A DNA stretch of 64,000 bases from Eledone cirrhosa. Its lineage: Eukaryota. A program made the position numbers and the translations under genes. Shown here piece by piece: positions 40,802 to 52,936 of this stretch; position 1 is the stretch's first letter, and each line of letters opens with the position of its first letter. The notes beneath the pieces were generated by a model, which searched no databases, was not told where the DNA came from, and saw only the letters and a program-made list of their open reading frames with translations. The stretch spans positions 100,626,001 through 100,690,000 of the forward strand of contig OZ024741.1 in assembly GCA_964016885.1 (NCBI GenBank). Direction: 5' to 3'.

Positions 40802-41394
40802 ATTTAGGATAAGAATTGGTTGGGTTTTAGTCAATCTTCTGAGCTGCCTGTCATACATTCAAAACAATCTTTTATAAGTTAGTAGGATGTGTGATGTGAA
40901 TGAGATTTGGCTACTGTTATTGGGCTGTCATGGTTGAGTTTCATTGATAAGCTTGAGTGGTTTTGTAAATGCTTCCTCTTGTTTACTGTTATCCTTTTAG
41001 AGGTGGTCAACAAAATAAAATATCAGTCCAGGGCTATAAGTTCATGAAATTTGTTAAAGATTTCGGCAGAATGCTTTGCAATATTTGCTCTGGTTCTTTA
41101 CATTCCAAGTTCTTTGGTAGTAGATTTAATTTATTGCTCCATTTAACACCACCTCTTGGTTCTTGGTAGCCTTTTAATAGAATTTACTTTATTGAGTATA
41201 ACTTCCTCCTTTCCACCTACCAGTCTCAGATGTCCTGAAAAAATAAAGTCATGGGAGCTGGCCTTCCCTCTCTGACTAAACAGTAAAAACTCATGGGCAT
41301 CCACACACACATAAACAAATATAATATTGTTGCAAAGTTTTATAAGAATTATCTTCAATTGTTTTCTTTTTAATTTGTTGTTTTTTTAAATTAG

Positions 41395-41732
41395 TGCGTG
41401 TGCCAAGTCCTCCTCGAAATGCCATTGCTCAAGCTGAGTCACCGACATCAATACGAGTGAAATATGAACCTCCTGAAGAACCTAATGGACAAATTAAATC
41501 CTACAAAATCATCTATTATGAAGTGGGAGCAAACCAAGAAGCATCGATAGTAGTACGAGGCCTGGAGTATGTGTTGACAAATTTGAAACAGTTTCGTGAC
41601 TACAGCTTCAGGGTGGAAGCTCACAATGAGAATGGCGCAGGAATGAGTACAGAGGAATTTGTAGCTAAAACCAAAGCAGATATTCCTTCTGATTCTCCAA
41701 CAAACTTCACTTTGGAAACAACAAGCTCAACG
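41395..41732 (+). CDS. DCC/NEO1: DCC/Neogenin exon, FN2 plus start of FN3
   Basis: ttag acceptor, gtaaac donor at 41733; VPSPPRN...YSFRVEAHNENGAG...DIPSDSPTN; phase 1 to 0. Confidence 0.93.
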
Positions 41733-43229
41733 GTAAACTAGATAATTTTCATCATCATCATTATGATCAAAATTAAGCACATAATCATCACCATCATCAT
41801 TATTATTGTCTTCAGAATTATACACACAATCACCATTACCATTACCATCATCATTAGTGTATTTTGTTGATTGTGAAGTAAAAAATCACATCTTCATTCC
41901 GTTCTTTTGGCATGGATTTTACAGCTGGTTGCTCTTCCTATCACCAACCAATTTCCAGTGTGGGGCTAGGGATATTTTATTGTGCCAACATATTGTCTCC
42001 AACAGGGCCAGCGTCTCTTACACTTTATACCAGATTTTCTTTTCTTTAATTCAAAGTTACTACATAGGTTACCATGGTGCAGCATGTTGAGTCCATGTCT
42101 CATCTCCACCGTATATTTCTTCCTTTCTTTTTATAAGTCTTACAGTTGAATGCCCTTTCTATCATCAAACACTATATAGCATGGACCAAGTGTGTTTTAT
42201 CACACCAAAAGCATTGTAAGGTCTTGTCTGTGGCAAGATTAAAGATTGCTCATTACTTTGTCACAGTTTATATTTCCTGTTGTTTAATCATTACTTTAAT
42301 CTTTCATATCTAACTATCAATAAAGATATCTTGTCATCCAAGTATCATAAGCTCAAATTATATTATTTGAGTGTGGGATTATATGTCAAACCCCCAGCTC
42401 ACCTGAAAGTCAGAGGCTCTGCTCATGTATTGACCAGTCTGTGGTGACATGCATAGGTCTTGTTAGCAGGGAAAACTGATGTTAAAGGATGATGATGATA
42501 AGATGATTCCATGTTCCATCTCAATACTACCATTTTTCTGAAATTTTGAATCACAGGTTGGGAAGTTTCATAAATGCATCTTTCTCAAAGAAGACTGAAT
42601 TTTGTATTAAAATATATATTTTTTGTTGATTACATAAAATATATACATTTAGTAATTAGTGATAGTACTAACAGGATTCAGAATAAAGGCAACTATATAT
42701 GAACCCATAAACATTATATTTATGTATAATAAATATACATTTAGTCTCAACGTGAGTATTTTAAGCTGTAATTAGGTTACAGCTGTCCCAGCATCAGGTT
42801 AAGAGTGTACATCTCACTGTCATTACAGTTGGTCAGTGATAATTCAATTACACCTATTTAATAAGCAAGAAATAAGTAAGTCATTAAAAAATCAGTTTAC
42901 ATTTTTATTTTTTATTTTAATATTTATAATTAAATTTTTCATTGTATTAAATGAAATGTTCTTTAATATAGCAGTGCTGTCTTGAAATAAAAAATAAAAA
43001 CTCTTCCCCACACCTGCTCTAGACAAGGCATAGGACTCTACCTACCCCAGTTTCCCTAGCTCACCACAGATTCCACTCCAACTGAGTGGTTAGCAGTGAT
43101 TCTGTTACTTTAATTTAAATCCAAGTCGTCTGACAGTCTTTGATGTTTGATTACTATATTTAACAGGTGTTAAAGAGAATTTGTATAAATTCTATTTAAA
43201 ACAAAACATTTCTCTTGTTCCTTCAACAG

Positions 43230-43374
43230 AGCATTATAGTTCGTTGGGAACCTCCACCGAAAGATCACCAGAATGGCCCAATAGTTGGCTACAAGATACG
43301 CTTTAAGAAGAAGGGCAGCCGTCGTGGTAAGACTGTTACTACTGCAAGTAATGTGAAGTTCCAACCACTCACGG
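43230..43374 (+). CDS. DCC/NEO1: DCC/Neogenin exon, FN3 middle (SIIVRWEPPPKDHQNGPIVGYKIRFKKKGSRRGKTVTTASNVKFQPLT); not in the ORF track
   Basis: ttccttcaacag acceptor, gtaagt donor at 43375; QNG.I.GYKIR signature; phase 0 to 1. Confidence 0.93.
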
Positions 43375-43454
43375 GTAAGTAGAGAGAAGAGTAAATTTCA
43401 GCTAGCAGAATATCTTTTTAGATATTTCTTATATTATAGGCATGGGGGTAATCA

Positions 43455-43605
43455 TTGGCTGTGATTAAGAAGTCTACTTTGTTGCCACATTGTTCTGAGT
43501 TTGGTCTCATGTTTCACCTTGAGCAAGTTTCTTTTACCATAGCTTTGGGTCAATCAAACCTTGCAAATGAAATTTGGTGGATAGTAGCTGTGTGGAAGCA
43601 TGTGA
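43455..43605 (+). mobile_element. SINE family C; copies at ~50300-50455 and ~53830-53960
   Basis: Shared cttgagcaa...ttct...caaa(g)ccttg...atttggtgga..actgtgtggaagc. Confidence 0.6.
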
Positions 43606-43625
43606 TTTGTATCTTTGAGTGTATG

Positions 43626-43701
<76 letters not shown>

Positions 43702-46269
43702 GGATGAAACAAGATATAGAATGCAAATATCTTGTATTTAATTCTGTTCTGATTGTGTCCTTATATGCCATGGTCAACTATACCTTTTTTCCTTATGAGG
43801 TTAATAACAAAAGTAAATTAAGCAGTTGAGGGCACAAGAGATCAATATAATCTTTGAAGGTGATACCCCAATTTTATCACTCTAATGACTGAAACCCAGT
43901 AAAAGATGTAGAAATGTCATTCCTCAGTCGTCATGTCTTCTAGAACTGGCCATGTATACAGACTGTAAAGTGAGCCCCAAAATAGTCAAACCTTTGCTCC
44001 ATGAAATTCTACTCTGCATTGCCTTGATGTTTGGGAGATGAGTAGTAAAAGTCACATAAACTTGATTTGGTATGGATGAGGTAGGGTTATATGCGTTTAC
44101 ACCAAATCATTTGGATGCCAATAAATAATTTGAATGAAAGAAATATGTTTAATTAAAAAAATTTAATTACTGGCACAACATGACTGTAACTAAACTGCAA
44201 TAATATTGACAAGTTTAGGGCTGTCATACTTTATGTAGAAAGGGGAAAATATAATTATTTAATATTACATTAGCTCAATGACTAATTTTATTTTAATCAG
44301 ATTTTGATTATTTTTTTAATAATTTATACTTTTTACACTCATTATGGATAGTTAAATATTTATCCAATTCTCAATATTTTTTTTTCTGATATGGCGCTTA
44401 ATTATTTTATGAATAATCTACTTTTGTATGTTTTAGAATTTTTTTGTATATTGTGTTACATCCATTTTTTCCAACTTAGTATGAACATGGATGGAATGTT
44501 TTTTGTTTTTTTATGCTAAATTTTATTTGAAAATAAAGGAGACATTTACAATTCATCAATATTTGCATATTAAAAAAAATAGAGAAAAAAGAAATACACT
44601 CAAGTCTAGTAACTGATAATAGTTTATTTGGTGAAACAATTATTTTTTTACAGTTGGCAGTCCTTCCTACTGTTATTAACCACTCAACTGTGAAGTCAGG
44701 AATTGGAAACAGCTTTTCCTCTTTTTTTTTTTTCAATAGTCTAGCAACCTGAAACAAGCAGAATTAGGTGCTTTCCACAGAAGTATGACAGTAGTAAGGT
44801 CTGAGTTTATGACCATGTATATGGTCAGTAGTTCAGCACTTTAACCTAGAAGTATACAACCATTATTGTATATGTCTGTTTTTACTAGATTCTTTTTAAA
44901 AAATCAATATTTGATCACACTTACTAGTGTGCTAGTCATTCGAGTCTTATTTAATAATCAGTGATATCCATCAATGGGATAAATACTTTATCACTCATTA
45001 GTGTCGTAAATAGTCAATTGACTGGTATTTAATAATCAGTGGTATCCATCAATGGGATAAATATTCTACGTCATTCATTAGAGTGGTATCAATCCATCAT
45101 TAAGTGATTAATCCTTTAGCAAATCCTTTCTAAGAAACATGGGGAATTGGCAGTATCGGTAGAGGATTGGACGCCATGCTTTCTAGCATAATTACGTCCC
45201 TTTACAGTCTGAGTTCAAATCCAGTTGAGGTTAACTTTGCCTTTCATCCTTACGGTGTCGATAAAATAAAGTACCAGTAATACACTGGGATAATTGCTGG
45301 CCGTGTGCCAAAAGTAGAAACAATTATTAATCTAAGTGAAATAATTACAACTATAAATGAAATGTGAGGCACAGATTCAAATAAATAATTTATAGCATTT
45401 AGTTTTTATCTCAGTTCAAATTACATCATGGTTGACATTCATATCATTTTAGTACTATAGTACAGTAATAAATTCTTACAATAAGAATCTGTATTATATT
45501 ATATCCAAGGCATCTGTATGTCTTGTGAGAGCATAGGTCAGCATCTGAAAAGTTCCTCTACAAAGTGCATTCCTGAGCAAGGTTGTTTTTTTTTATAGAA
45601 GACCAACAATTTCCTATACATGCAAGTTTCTCCCTCTTTGTGCCACTGATGTTGTCCTAGACAAAGATAAGGACTAGTACAGCTGGACAACAGTGCTGTT
45701 GTGTTACAGGCATTGTCATTAAAATGTAAATAGCCAGAAAGGGTACCACAAGGCATTTTTCCTGGTGCTCTAACAATTCCTCCAATCCAGTGCCCTTGAT
45801 GAAAGTCAGAGTTGACCATGGAAAGATTTGAACTCTCTGCACAGAGAACTAGAACTCTAACTATTAATTTGCCATATTATTTGTTATTGATGGGGGTAAT
45901 GAAATTTTATTATATTCTAATGGAGCTAATGAAGGAGCATTCATGTGGTTGCTTGACATTCTTGAAGTAGCAGTCAAGTATCCATTAAATCTAACCCTTG
46001 TGTCTTAAAAAGGAAAGAATTCAATAAATAATGGTGCCTTTGACACCCTATGTCTGAATAAAAGATGGGATAGCCACAGCTGGAATATCTTAGTTTAACA
46101 GATCAGCTCAGTCAATGCTCACCTTAGGTTGAACAACAACAACAACTACAAATTCTACTCCATAATTGGCTTTGTGCCTAAACAAGAAAAAAAACATTTT
46201 GTTATAAGTTTTCTATGCATGTTTATATTGATTCAGTAATATTTTTTTTGCTTTTTTCCTTCCATTTAG

Positions 46270-46380
46270 ATCTGGAAAAAGGCTCTGAATATTCAGTTCG
46301 TATAGCTGCACTTTCAACCCTTGGCATTGGTCCATTTACAGACTGGCTTTTTACAAAAACATATGATGATGATCTTGATG
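46270..46380 (+). CDS. DCC/NEO1: DCC/Neogenin exon, FN3 end (DLEKGSEYSVRIAALSTLGIGPFTDWLFTKTYDDDLD); not in the ORF track
   Basis: ccttccatttag acceptor, gtacgt donor at 46381; LEKGS.Y..R and DLDE motifs; phase 1 to 1. Confidence 0.93.
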
Positions 46381-47823
46381 GTACGTATTAAACATTTTTG
46401 TTCATTCAATATTAACTACAGCAAAATTTGATTCTCTAATAAATGAAAATACAGATGCTAAAGCAATGCTAATGGTGAGAAACAGCATCATCATTATCCA
46501 CATGATTTCGAAGTGTTGTAATTGAATTAGATCATTGGAGAAAATACAAAATCTACTGTGGGTTTGTAACTTGTCCAAAAATGTTTTTTTGTTTGTTTTA
46601 TATTTGTTTTAATTGCTTGTTTCTCTAGAAATAACTGCTACGGTATGTTATTAACATGAAGCCTTTAAAAAAAAAATCTTTTGTAACATTTTGGTTTGGA
46701 AATTATTGCATTTATATGCAAGGTGTTTTGTGAGACCATGGATTGGCTCCTGCAAAGTTCCTCCCAAAGATGCAAACTTGGGCAAAGTTATTTTTGTTTT
46801 TTTTATGGGAAGACGAGCCCTACATGTAAGTGCCTCCCCTTTTCGTGCAAGAGAAAGGCAAAATCAGATACTGCTTAGCATCAGTATCATCACAGACAGA
46901 ACACCAAAAGCCACAACAAATACCACAAGGAATTTCATCTGATCTATCAATTCCACCAATCCACTGTTTTGGACTGGTACTTTATATATTCACCTGGAAA
47001 CGGTGAAAGGCAAAATTGACCATTGCATGATTTGGGCCCTGAATGCAGAGAGCTGGAACAAATACTGCCAGATGTTCCACCTAACAGTCTAACAAGTCTG
47101 CCAATTTGCTATCTTATTACATTTAATTAATAATTCAGACCATCAGTATAGTGGGTTGATAAGATGGGTAGTGTACTATGAACTTAACAGTATTTAGTTT
47201 GGGTTTTCTATAATCTGAATTAAAATTTTTATGAGACCAACTTTGTCTTTCATTCTCCAAAGTTAAAAAATTAGCATCAGTAACCTATTGGAAGTCAACT
47301 CAAATCAATTCCAATCATTCATAACAAATTAGGTTTGCGATTCTTATTACTAATTGTTAGTGTTTTGACTCACGGCCATAAGATTATGCATTCAATTCCT
47401 GGGCCAGGTGGCACATTGTGTCCTTGAGCAAGACATTTCATTTCACATTGCTTTTCCTGATAGAACTGGACCCCACCCCTATCATCAAAACAACTGAGAA
47501 ACCTATGGAATACAGCCTCATAGGAGGCCAGCTAAACCTGCATAAGTTTGAGCTGGAAATTTCATTTCATTCATTACCTCTCTAAAATTTGTCTAGAAGC
47601 TATAATACATGGAAAGAGAAACTGAAGCCAACCCAATGGCAAATGGAGAAACCAGACCCTAAAATGGTCTCAATGTAATGACAACAAACAGGGATAAATG
47701 GAAAAAATATGTTCATGATGTTTTGTACTCTGCTCTAATCAAAAATATCAATTCTGAACCTTGATAGTTATTACATTCAATGAAAGTTGCTTTTTGATTT
47801 TCTCTTCTTTTTCTCTTCTATAG

Positions 47824-48021
47824 AATCTCGTGTTCCTGGAAAACCTTCTAAAGTTCGAACCAATACTGAAGCCAACTCAATCTTGGTACGATGGTCTCCA
47901 CCTACTGACAGCAGTAAGACATTAGTAAGGGGTTATATTGTCACCTATGGCAAGGGTATACCAGATGTTATGCGAGTCAACCTTCTCCCTCAACAACGTG
48001 CTTACAAGATTAAAAATCTCC
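47824..48021 (+). CDS. DCC/NEO1: DCC/Neogenin exon, FN4 N-part (ESRVPGKPSKV...VRGYIVTYGKGIPDV...YKIKNL)
   Basis: ttctcttctatag acceptor, gtaagt donor at 48022; VRGY..GYG.G.P signature. Confidence 0.93.
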
Positions 48022-48251
48022 GTAAGTTGATGATCTTTACATTACTGTCTTTATTATGAATTTCAAATGTATATTAGCTTAATATTATCTGCTTCAACAT
48101 AGGTTTTTGATTATATTTCATTGCCAAAAACTTATGTTGAAACGGTTAACTTTAAGCTAACATACATTTGAAATTCATAATGTGGGTTCATGCTTATGTA
48201 ATAAAAGTATATATTTTTTCTATCAATCACACTTCCTCTCTTTCATAATAG

Positions 48252-48347
48252 AACCAGCTTCTTCATACGTTATAAAAGTTATGGCTTTCAACAAAATGGG
48301 TGAAGGGCTACCAACATATGCCCATGTGAAGACAGAAAAAGAATCAG
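48252..48347 (+). CDS. DCC/NEO1: DCC/Neogenin exon, FN4 C-part (QPASSYVIKVMAFNKMGEGLPTYAHVKTEKES)
   Basis: ataatag acceptor, gtaggt donor at 48348; YVI...AFN..GEG.P.Y signature. Confidence 0.92.
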
Positions 48348-48989
48348 GTAGGTTATCTACTAATCTGTTTTCATCTCCCGTAATGTCATATATTTCTCTA
48401 CAGCCCAACGTTGTGTTGCTACTGGGGTCCATTTAATCGACTTCCCCCTCCCCTTCAAATTGCTGGCCTTGTGCCTAAAGTAGAAACAATTAACTCCTTC
48501 TGATAACAACTTGCCTTAAAATGCTCCTGGTTCTAAGATGGAAAACTGTTTGTTTAGATTTAAACCTTCCATTACAATTTTATTCAAAAGTCTTTTCTTA
48601 TGTTTGAAACACCAACATAAGAAGAAGAAAGTTAGTTATATTACTAAATCCCTCCAGAATTTTTATTAAGAATTAATTGAAAATCAGAGGCATTTGAAAT
48701 ATGGTCAGAAAAGGAATTTAAGGGCACTGAGTAGCAGAACAAATATGGCAACCGTGCTTGACAAAATGCCTTGCGGTATTTAGTTATATCAATTTACATT
48801 CTGATTTCAGTTCCCCAAATAGGTTGACTTTGCCTTGGCTCCTTCCAGAGACTGTTAGATTAAATACCAGTGATATACTGGATGGTATTTGATTAGCTGT
48901 TTCCTCCTTCAAGATGTCTGGCCTTATGACTGAGTCAGAAATCACCATCATCATCATCATCATTTGTGTACCATGTGCAAATGTTTCAT

Positions 48990-49385
48990 GGTTGTGAAAC
49001 AGGAGTATTACATGCAGAGGACAAGAAATGACTAGAAAGATGTGAAGAAAGTATACACCATAGTGTAATGTTAGAGAGCATTAAGGATGCAGTATAAATG
49101 AGCTGTGAAAAAATGTGTGTAATAATCACATGTAATGTGCAAAAGAGAAAGTTGCACTGGTGTAGACAAGTAATTCATATAAATGATGACTGTTGATTAA
49201 AGAATTGCCAAGTGGAAAGAACATGTGGATGAGGAAAAACTAAGAAAGACATGAGAGGAAGTGATGAAGGCTGATCTTAAAGGCTAAACCTCACAAAGAA
49301 GATAACAAGTGATAAGACGTGTGCTGAAGAAGACCCAGCCACTCTTTGCAAGCATGGAAAAACAAACATAATAAAAACGATGATA
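48990..49385 (+). mobile_element. Old decayed RTE 3' end
   Basis: Degenerate match to the RTE C-terminus and tail (gcaagcatggaaaaa...aaacgatgat). Confidence 0.65.
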
Positions 49386-49905
49386 GGGATGAGCATATGC
49401 GTTCAGACCAAATTTTAATATAAAAAACTTTTCAATTTCAATCTTTCTTAAAATTTAGTTTCCTGTATGCATGTCTGTCTGTCTGATTGTATGAGTAAAT
49501 AACTAAATGATAGCTGAACTACATCAAACTCATAACATTTCATGTCAACAACCATCTTTTAAGTTTCTAAATACAACACAGCAACAAGCATTTTAAAGTC
49601 GTTTTCCCTGCTAAAGCAGTAATTAGACTTGCAAGCCCCATAACAAGCTTCTGCACTTTTCCCTATTGTTTGCAAACCCCCTGGCTTTCATTTCTTCCTT
49701 CATTATTCAGCAATGTCTTTCTTGGCCTTCTTCCACATTTATTTCATCCTTCCCAACCATCTCATTCTATTTCTCCTTACAGCATTCATCACTGGCTTTA
49801 TTCCTCTTACCCAGACACTTTCAACACATGACACAACCATCTTATTCCATTTCTTATCACAATATTTATCCTTTCTAAATGTTTCTGCTATTTATTCTTT
49901 TCCAG

Positions 49906-50220
49906 AAATTGATCTTGCTACTCCAATGATGCCTCCAGTTGGATTGAAAACAATTGTTCTATCATCTCAGACTATTGTGCTCACATGGACTGACTCAACT
50001 TTGAGTCGTGCTCAACGTATAACAGATAATCGTTATTACACTGTACGCTACTCACCTGTCTATAACAACAAGAAGTATCGCTACATCAATTCAACAGATC
50101 TCAATGCACACATAGATCACCTCAAACCAAACACACAGTACGAGTTCTCAGTGAAAGTTACCAAAAATCTTCGTAAAAGTACATGGAGCATGAGTGTCGT
50201 CAACACCACTCAAGAATCTG
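49906..50220 (+). CDS. DCC/NEO1: DCC/Neogenin exon, FN4-FN5 linker plus FN5 (EIDLATPMMPPVGLK...LKPNTQYEFSVKVTKNLRKSTWSMSVVNTTQES)
   Basis: ttcttttccag acceptor, gtaatt donor at 50221; TPMMPPVG and LKPNT.YEFSV...STWSM are diagnostic of DCC/Neogenin FN5. Confidence 0.96.
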
Positions 50221-50838
50221 GTAATTATCACCCTATTGTTGTTAAACTTATACTAATGTGTGTTTGTGTATGATGTCTGTGAGTCTCATTTGATATAGGT
50301 TATAGCTGAATGGTTTAGAAGTTTGTTTTGTAATCGTAAAGTTCAGGCTTTAATCCCACTGTGCAGCATCTTGAACAAATGTTTTCTGTAGTCCATGTCA
50401 ACCCAAGCCTTGAGGATTAAATCTGGTAGACTGAAACTATGTGGAAACCTGCTACATGGATAGTACTTTTATTTAAGTCCACCCGTGTCATGCTGATTCT
50501 GCTTGGGGATTACATTAAGGGTACAAGGGCCTGTTGGATACTCAGTCACTTACACTTTGGTTATGAATGACCATGAGTTTGTACCTAGAAAGTTCGTCTC
50601 CATGGCACAAATCTAGGCAACGTGTTTATGTGGAAGGCTAGCAGTCACCCAGACATACCAACTTGATGCTTTCTATGCTCTATGTTTTGGGTCAGTTTGA
50701 TTTTTGTCTTCAGGTTTCATAGTTTGATCTTCAGCTAATTCTACAAGCAAGCTGATATCTATATGGAACTAAACTAATTTAATTTCACCTAAAATAGCAA
50801 ATTTGAACCTTGTTGATTATTTGTTATTATTATTTCAG

Positions 50839-50946
50839 CTCCTGGAGGTATACCCCGAGATTTAACCCCTGCTCCAGTGGAGGCAAACCCACTATCTATT
50901 ACATTAAGTTGGCAACCACCTCCACGACCAAATGGTCAACTTACAG
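50839..50946 (+). CDS. DCC/NEO1: DCC/Neogenin exon, FN6 N-half (APGGIPRDLTPAPVEANPLSITLSWQPPPRPNGQLT)
   Basis: tatttcag acceptor, gttagt donor at 50947; PRDLT...WQPP..PNG; phase 1 to 1. Confidence 0.93.
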
Positions 50947-51687
50947 GTTAGTAACTTTAAAATATATTTTAGTTTGTTTGTTTTTTTTTCAGAACCTACT
51001 ACATTAGGTAAGGAGTGATTTGTTTTTAAAAAATGACACCATTGGAGTGTATGAGTGGCACATGGTACAGGGGAGACTCCTAATAGGAAGTGGTTCACTG
51101 ACATTGTCACTGCCCCTTACTACTTATCTAAAAACTTTCTCTTGTAACTTTCTGTAAGAATTTTTACTTTCCAAACACCATCTTGACAATCCAGTGGTTA
51201 AATATCTAATTAAATTGCCTCAGTGTGACTGTGTGTCTGTGAAACATATACATATACACCAGGACCGAACACAAAGGAACCAAACTCCCACTGTCACTGC
51301 CTCCATCTCTCCCTATTATGAGCAAATAGGGACCCTCATGCTGGCCGCCCAGTGGACAAAATAGAGAAGGCGTTTCCCCGGAGGATGGGGAGGGAGACGC
51401 ACTAGAAGAACCATTCCAGCTTGCAAGGCTCAGACCTGCGGGTAGCCAACTCTGTGTCGATGGTGGTGAGTAGGGAAGTGGCCCTAGGGCCAAGGACACC
51501 AGAAGCCTCCACTGCTACTGGCCCGACCAGATTGTATTACTAAATCCTTCCAAATTCTTGACTATTTTCAAAACTATTTGTAAATCATACGCAATGTCCT
51601 TCATTAAAAATGTGGTAATGAAAGAGTTAATATAAAAATTTCATTTAAAATATTTCTTATTTTGTTTCTTCTGTTCTATCTATGCAG

Positions 51688-51882
51688 GTTATCTAATTTT
51701 CTACACCACTGATTCACACCAAGATGACCGAGATTGGGTTGTGCACAATGTTGATGGAGACAAATTATCTTCCACAATTAAAGACCTCACCCCAGACACA
51801 ACTTACTTTTTTAAAATGCAAGCTCGCAACAATAAGGGATATGGTCCTATGTCTCCTACTGTTGTGTATAGAACATCAAAAG
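51688..51882 (+). CDS. DCC/NEO1: DCC/Neogenin exon, FN6 C-half (GYLIFYTTD...DWVVHNVDGDKLSSTIKDLTPDTTYFFKMQARNNKGYGPMSPTVVYRTSK)
   Basis: tatgcag acceptor, gtaaat donor at 51883; DT.YYF..QARN.KG.GP.S signature. Confidence 0.95.
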
Positions 51883-52708
51883 GTAAATACATTCACTAAT
51901 CTCGTATCACAGGGTTATTTAACTGGATTTAGGGATTTATTTTCAGAGTGCATGTTGTGTGTTGTATTGGTATGTGATGTGACTATGCAGAATTATCTGT
52001 ATTGATGTTGTATTTCACTTATGGTATGTCTGTCTGTTATGTTTGTGTTTCTATGGTAATTTCTCACAATAATATTCTAAGTTATAACAATAATGGTTGA
52101 TCTCATAAGGATAATTAATTTAATTGTAAATTCGTATTAATTAAATGAAAATAAAACAAAAACATTTTTGTTTCTCCAATATAGTTTCGCTAAGACTCTA
52201 GTTACGTTTTTAATTGAATCAGTTTTGATAATGGAATATATTTACTAGGAATAAATCTTAGTGATTCGTTCATAATTTAATTAAAGCAATAATTCATATC
52301 AGTGTAATAATTACCTCAACTTTAATATTGTAAATGTTACATCTATTTACAATTCATTGTTTTCAAATAAATGATGCTGCTTGACCCAGCTTCGAAGCTT
52401 TACTGCTTTTCTATTTAAATAATAACTCTCCAATTTCATTATTTTATACACATATAATCGTATTCTTATCTTTCATTCCAACTGTCTCCCACACTTATCT
52501 TTCATAACGGTAATTAATTTAACTAGTATAATATTTGACTAATATATTTAACGTTCACAGAAAATTATAAATAAAGAGATTTATTCTACAGTATGAGAGA
52601 TAGGATTAGCTTTTTAACCTTTAATTCCTTTAATACCAACCTGCCTGAAACCAACCCTGTTTCCATGATATAAAAACTATCAGTTTTAAAATCTTCTACA
52701 TACTTGCA

Positions 52709-52936
52709 TTAACCCTTTAGCATTTAAACTGGCCATATCCGGCCCGAATTCTCTCACTTCTTTCTGTTCAAACTGGTCGTAACCAGCCACTCATACTGAT
52801 GTTAAGGTATTGTTCTCAAAATAAATAATATCAAAACCTCATAGATTCGATGTTATGTGAGATGATTATATGAGGTAAAGCCTTTACCGTAAAATATAAT
52901 AGTAAATATAGAGTAATGTAAATGCTAAAGGGTTAA
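52709..52936 (-). mobile_element. piggyBac-type MITE family A, nested in an older TTAA MITE (family B, ~52620-53094)
   Basis: Reverse-orientation copy; outer element ends aaatatggcaatgcaaaggttaa, like copies at ~27710-28063, ~48490-48721 and ~22313-22548. Confidence 0.8.

Noticed and set aside
49713-49905. Hydrophobic ORF start as a signal peptide for an FN5-initiated protein
   Set aside because: Composition is that of a pyrimidine-rich intron; no promoter evidence; kept only as an alternative-acceptor hypothesis
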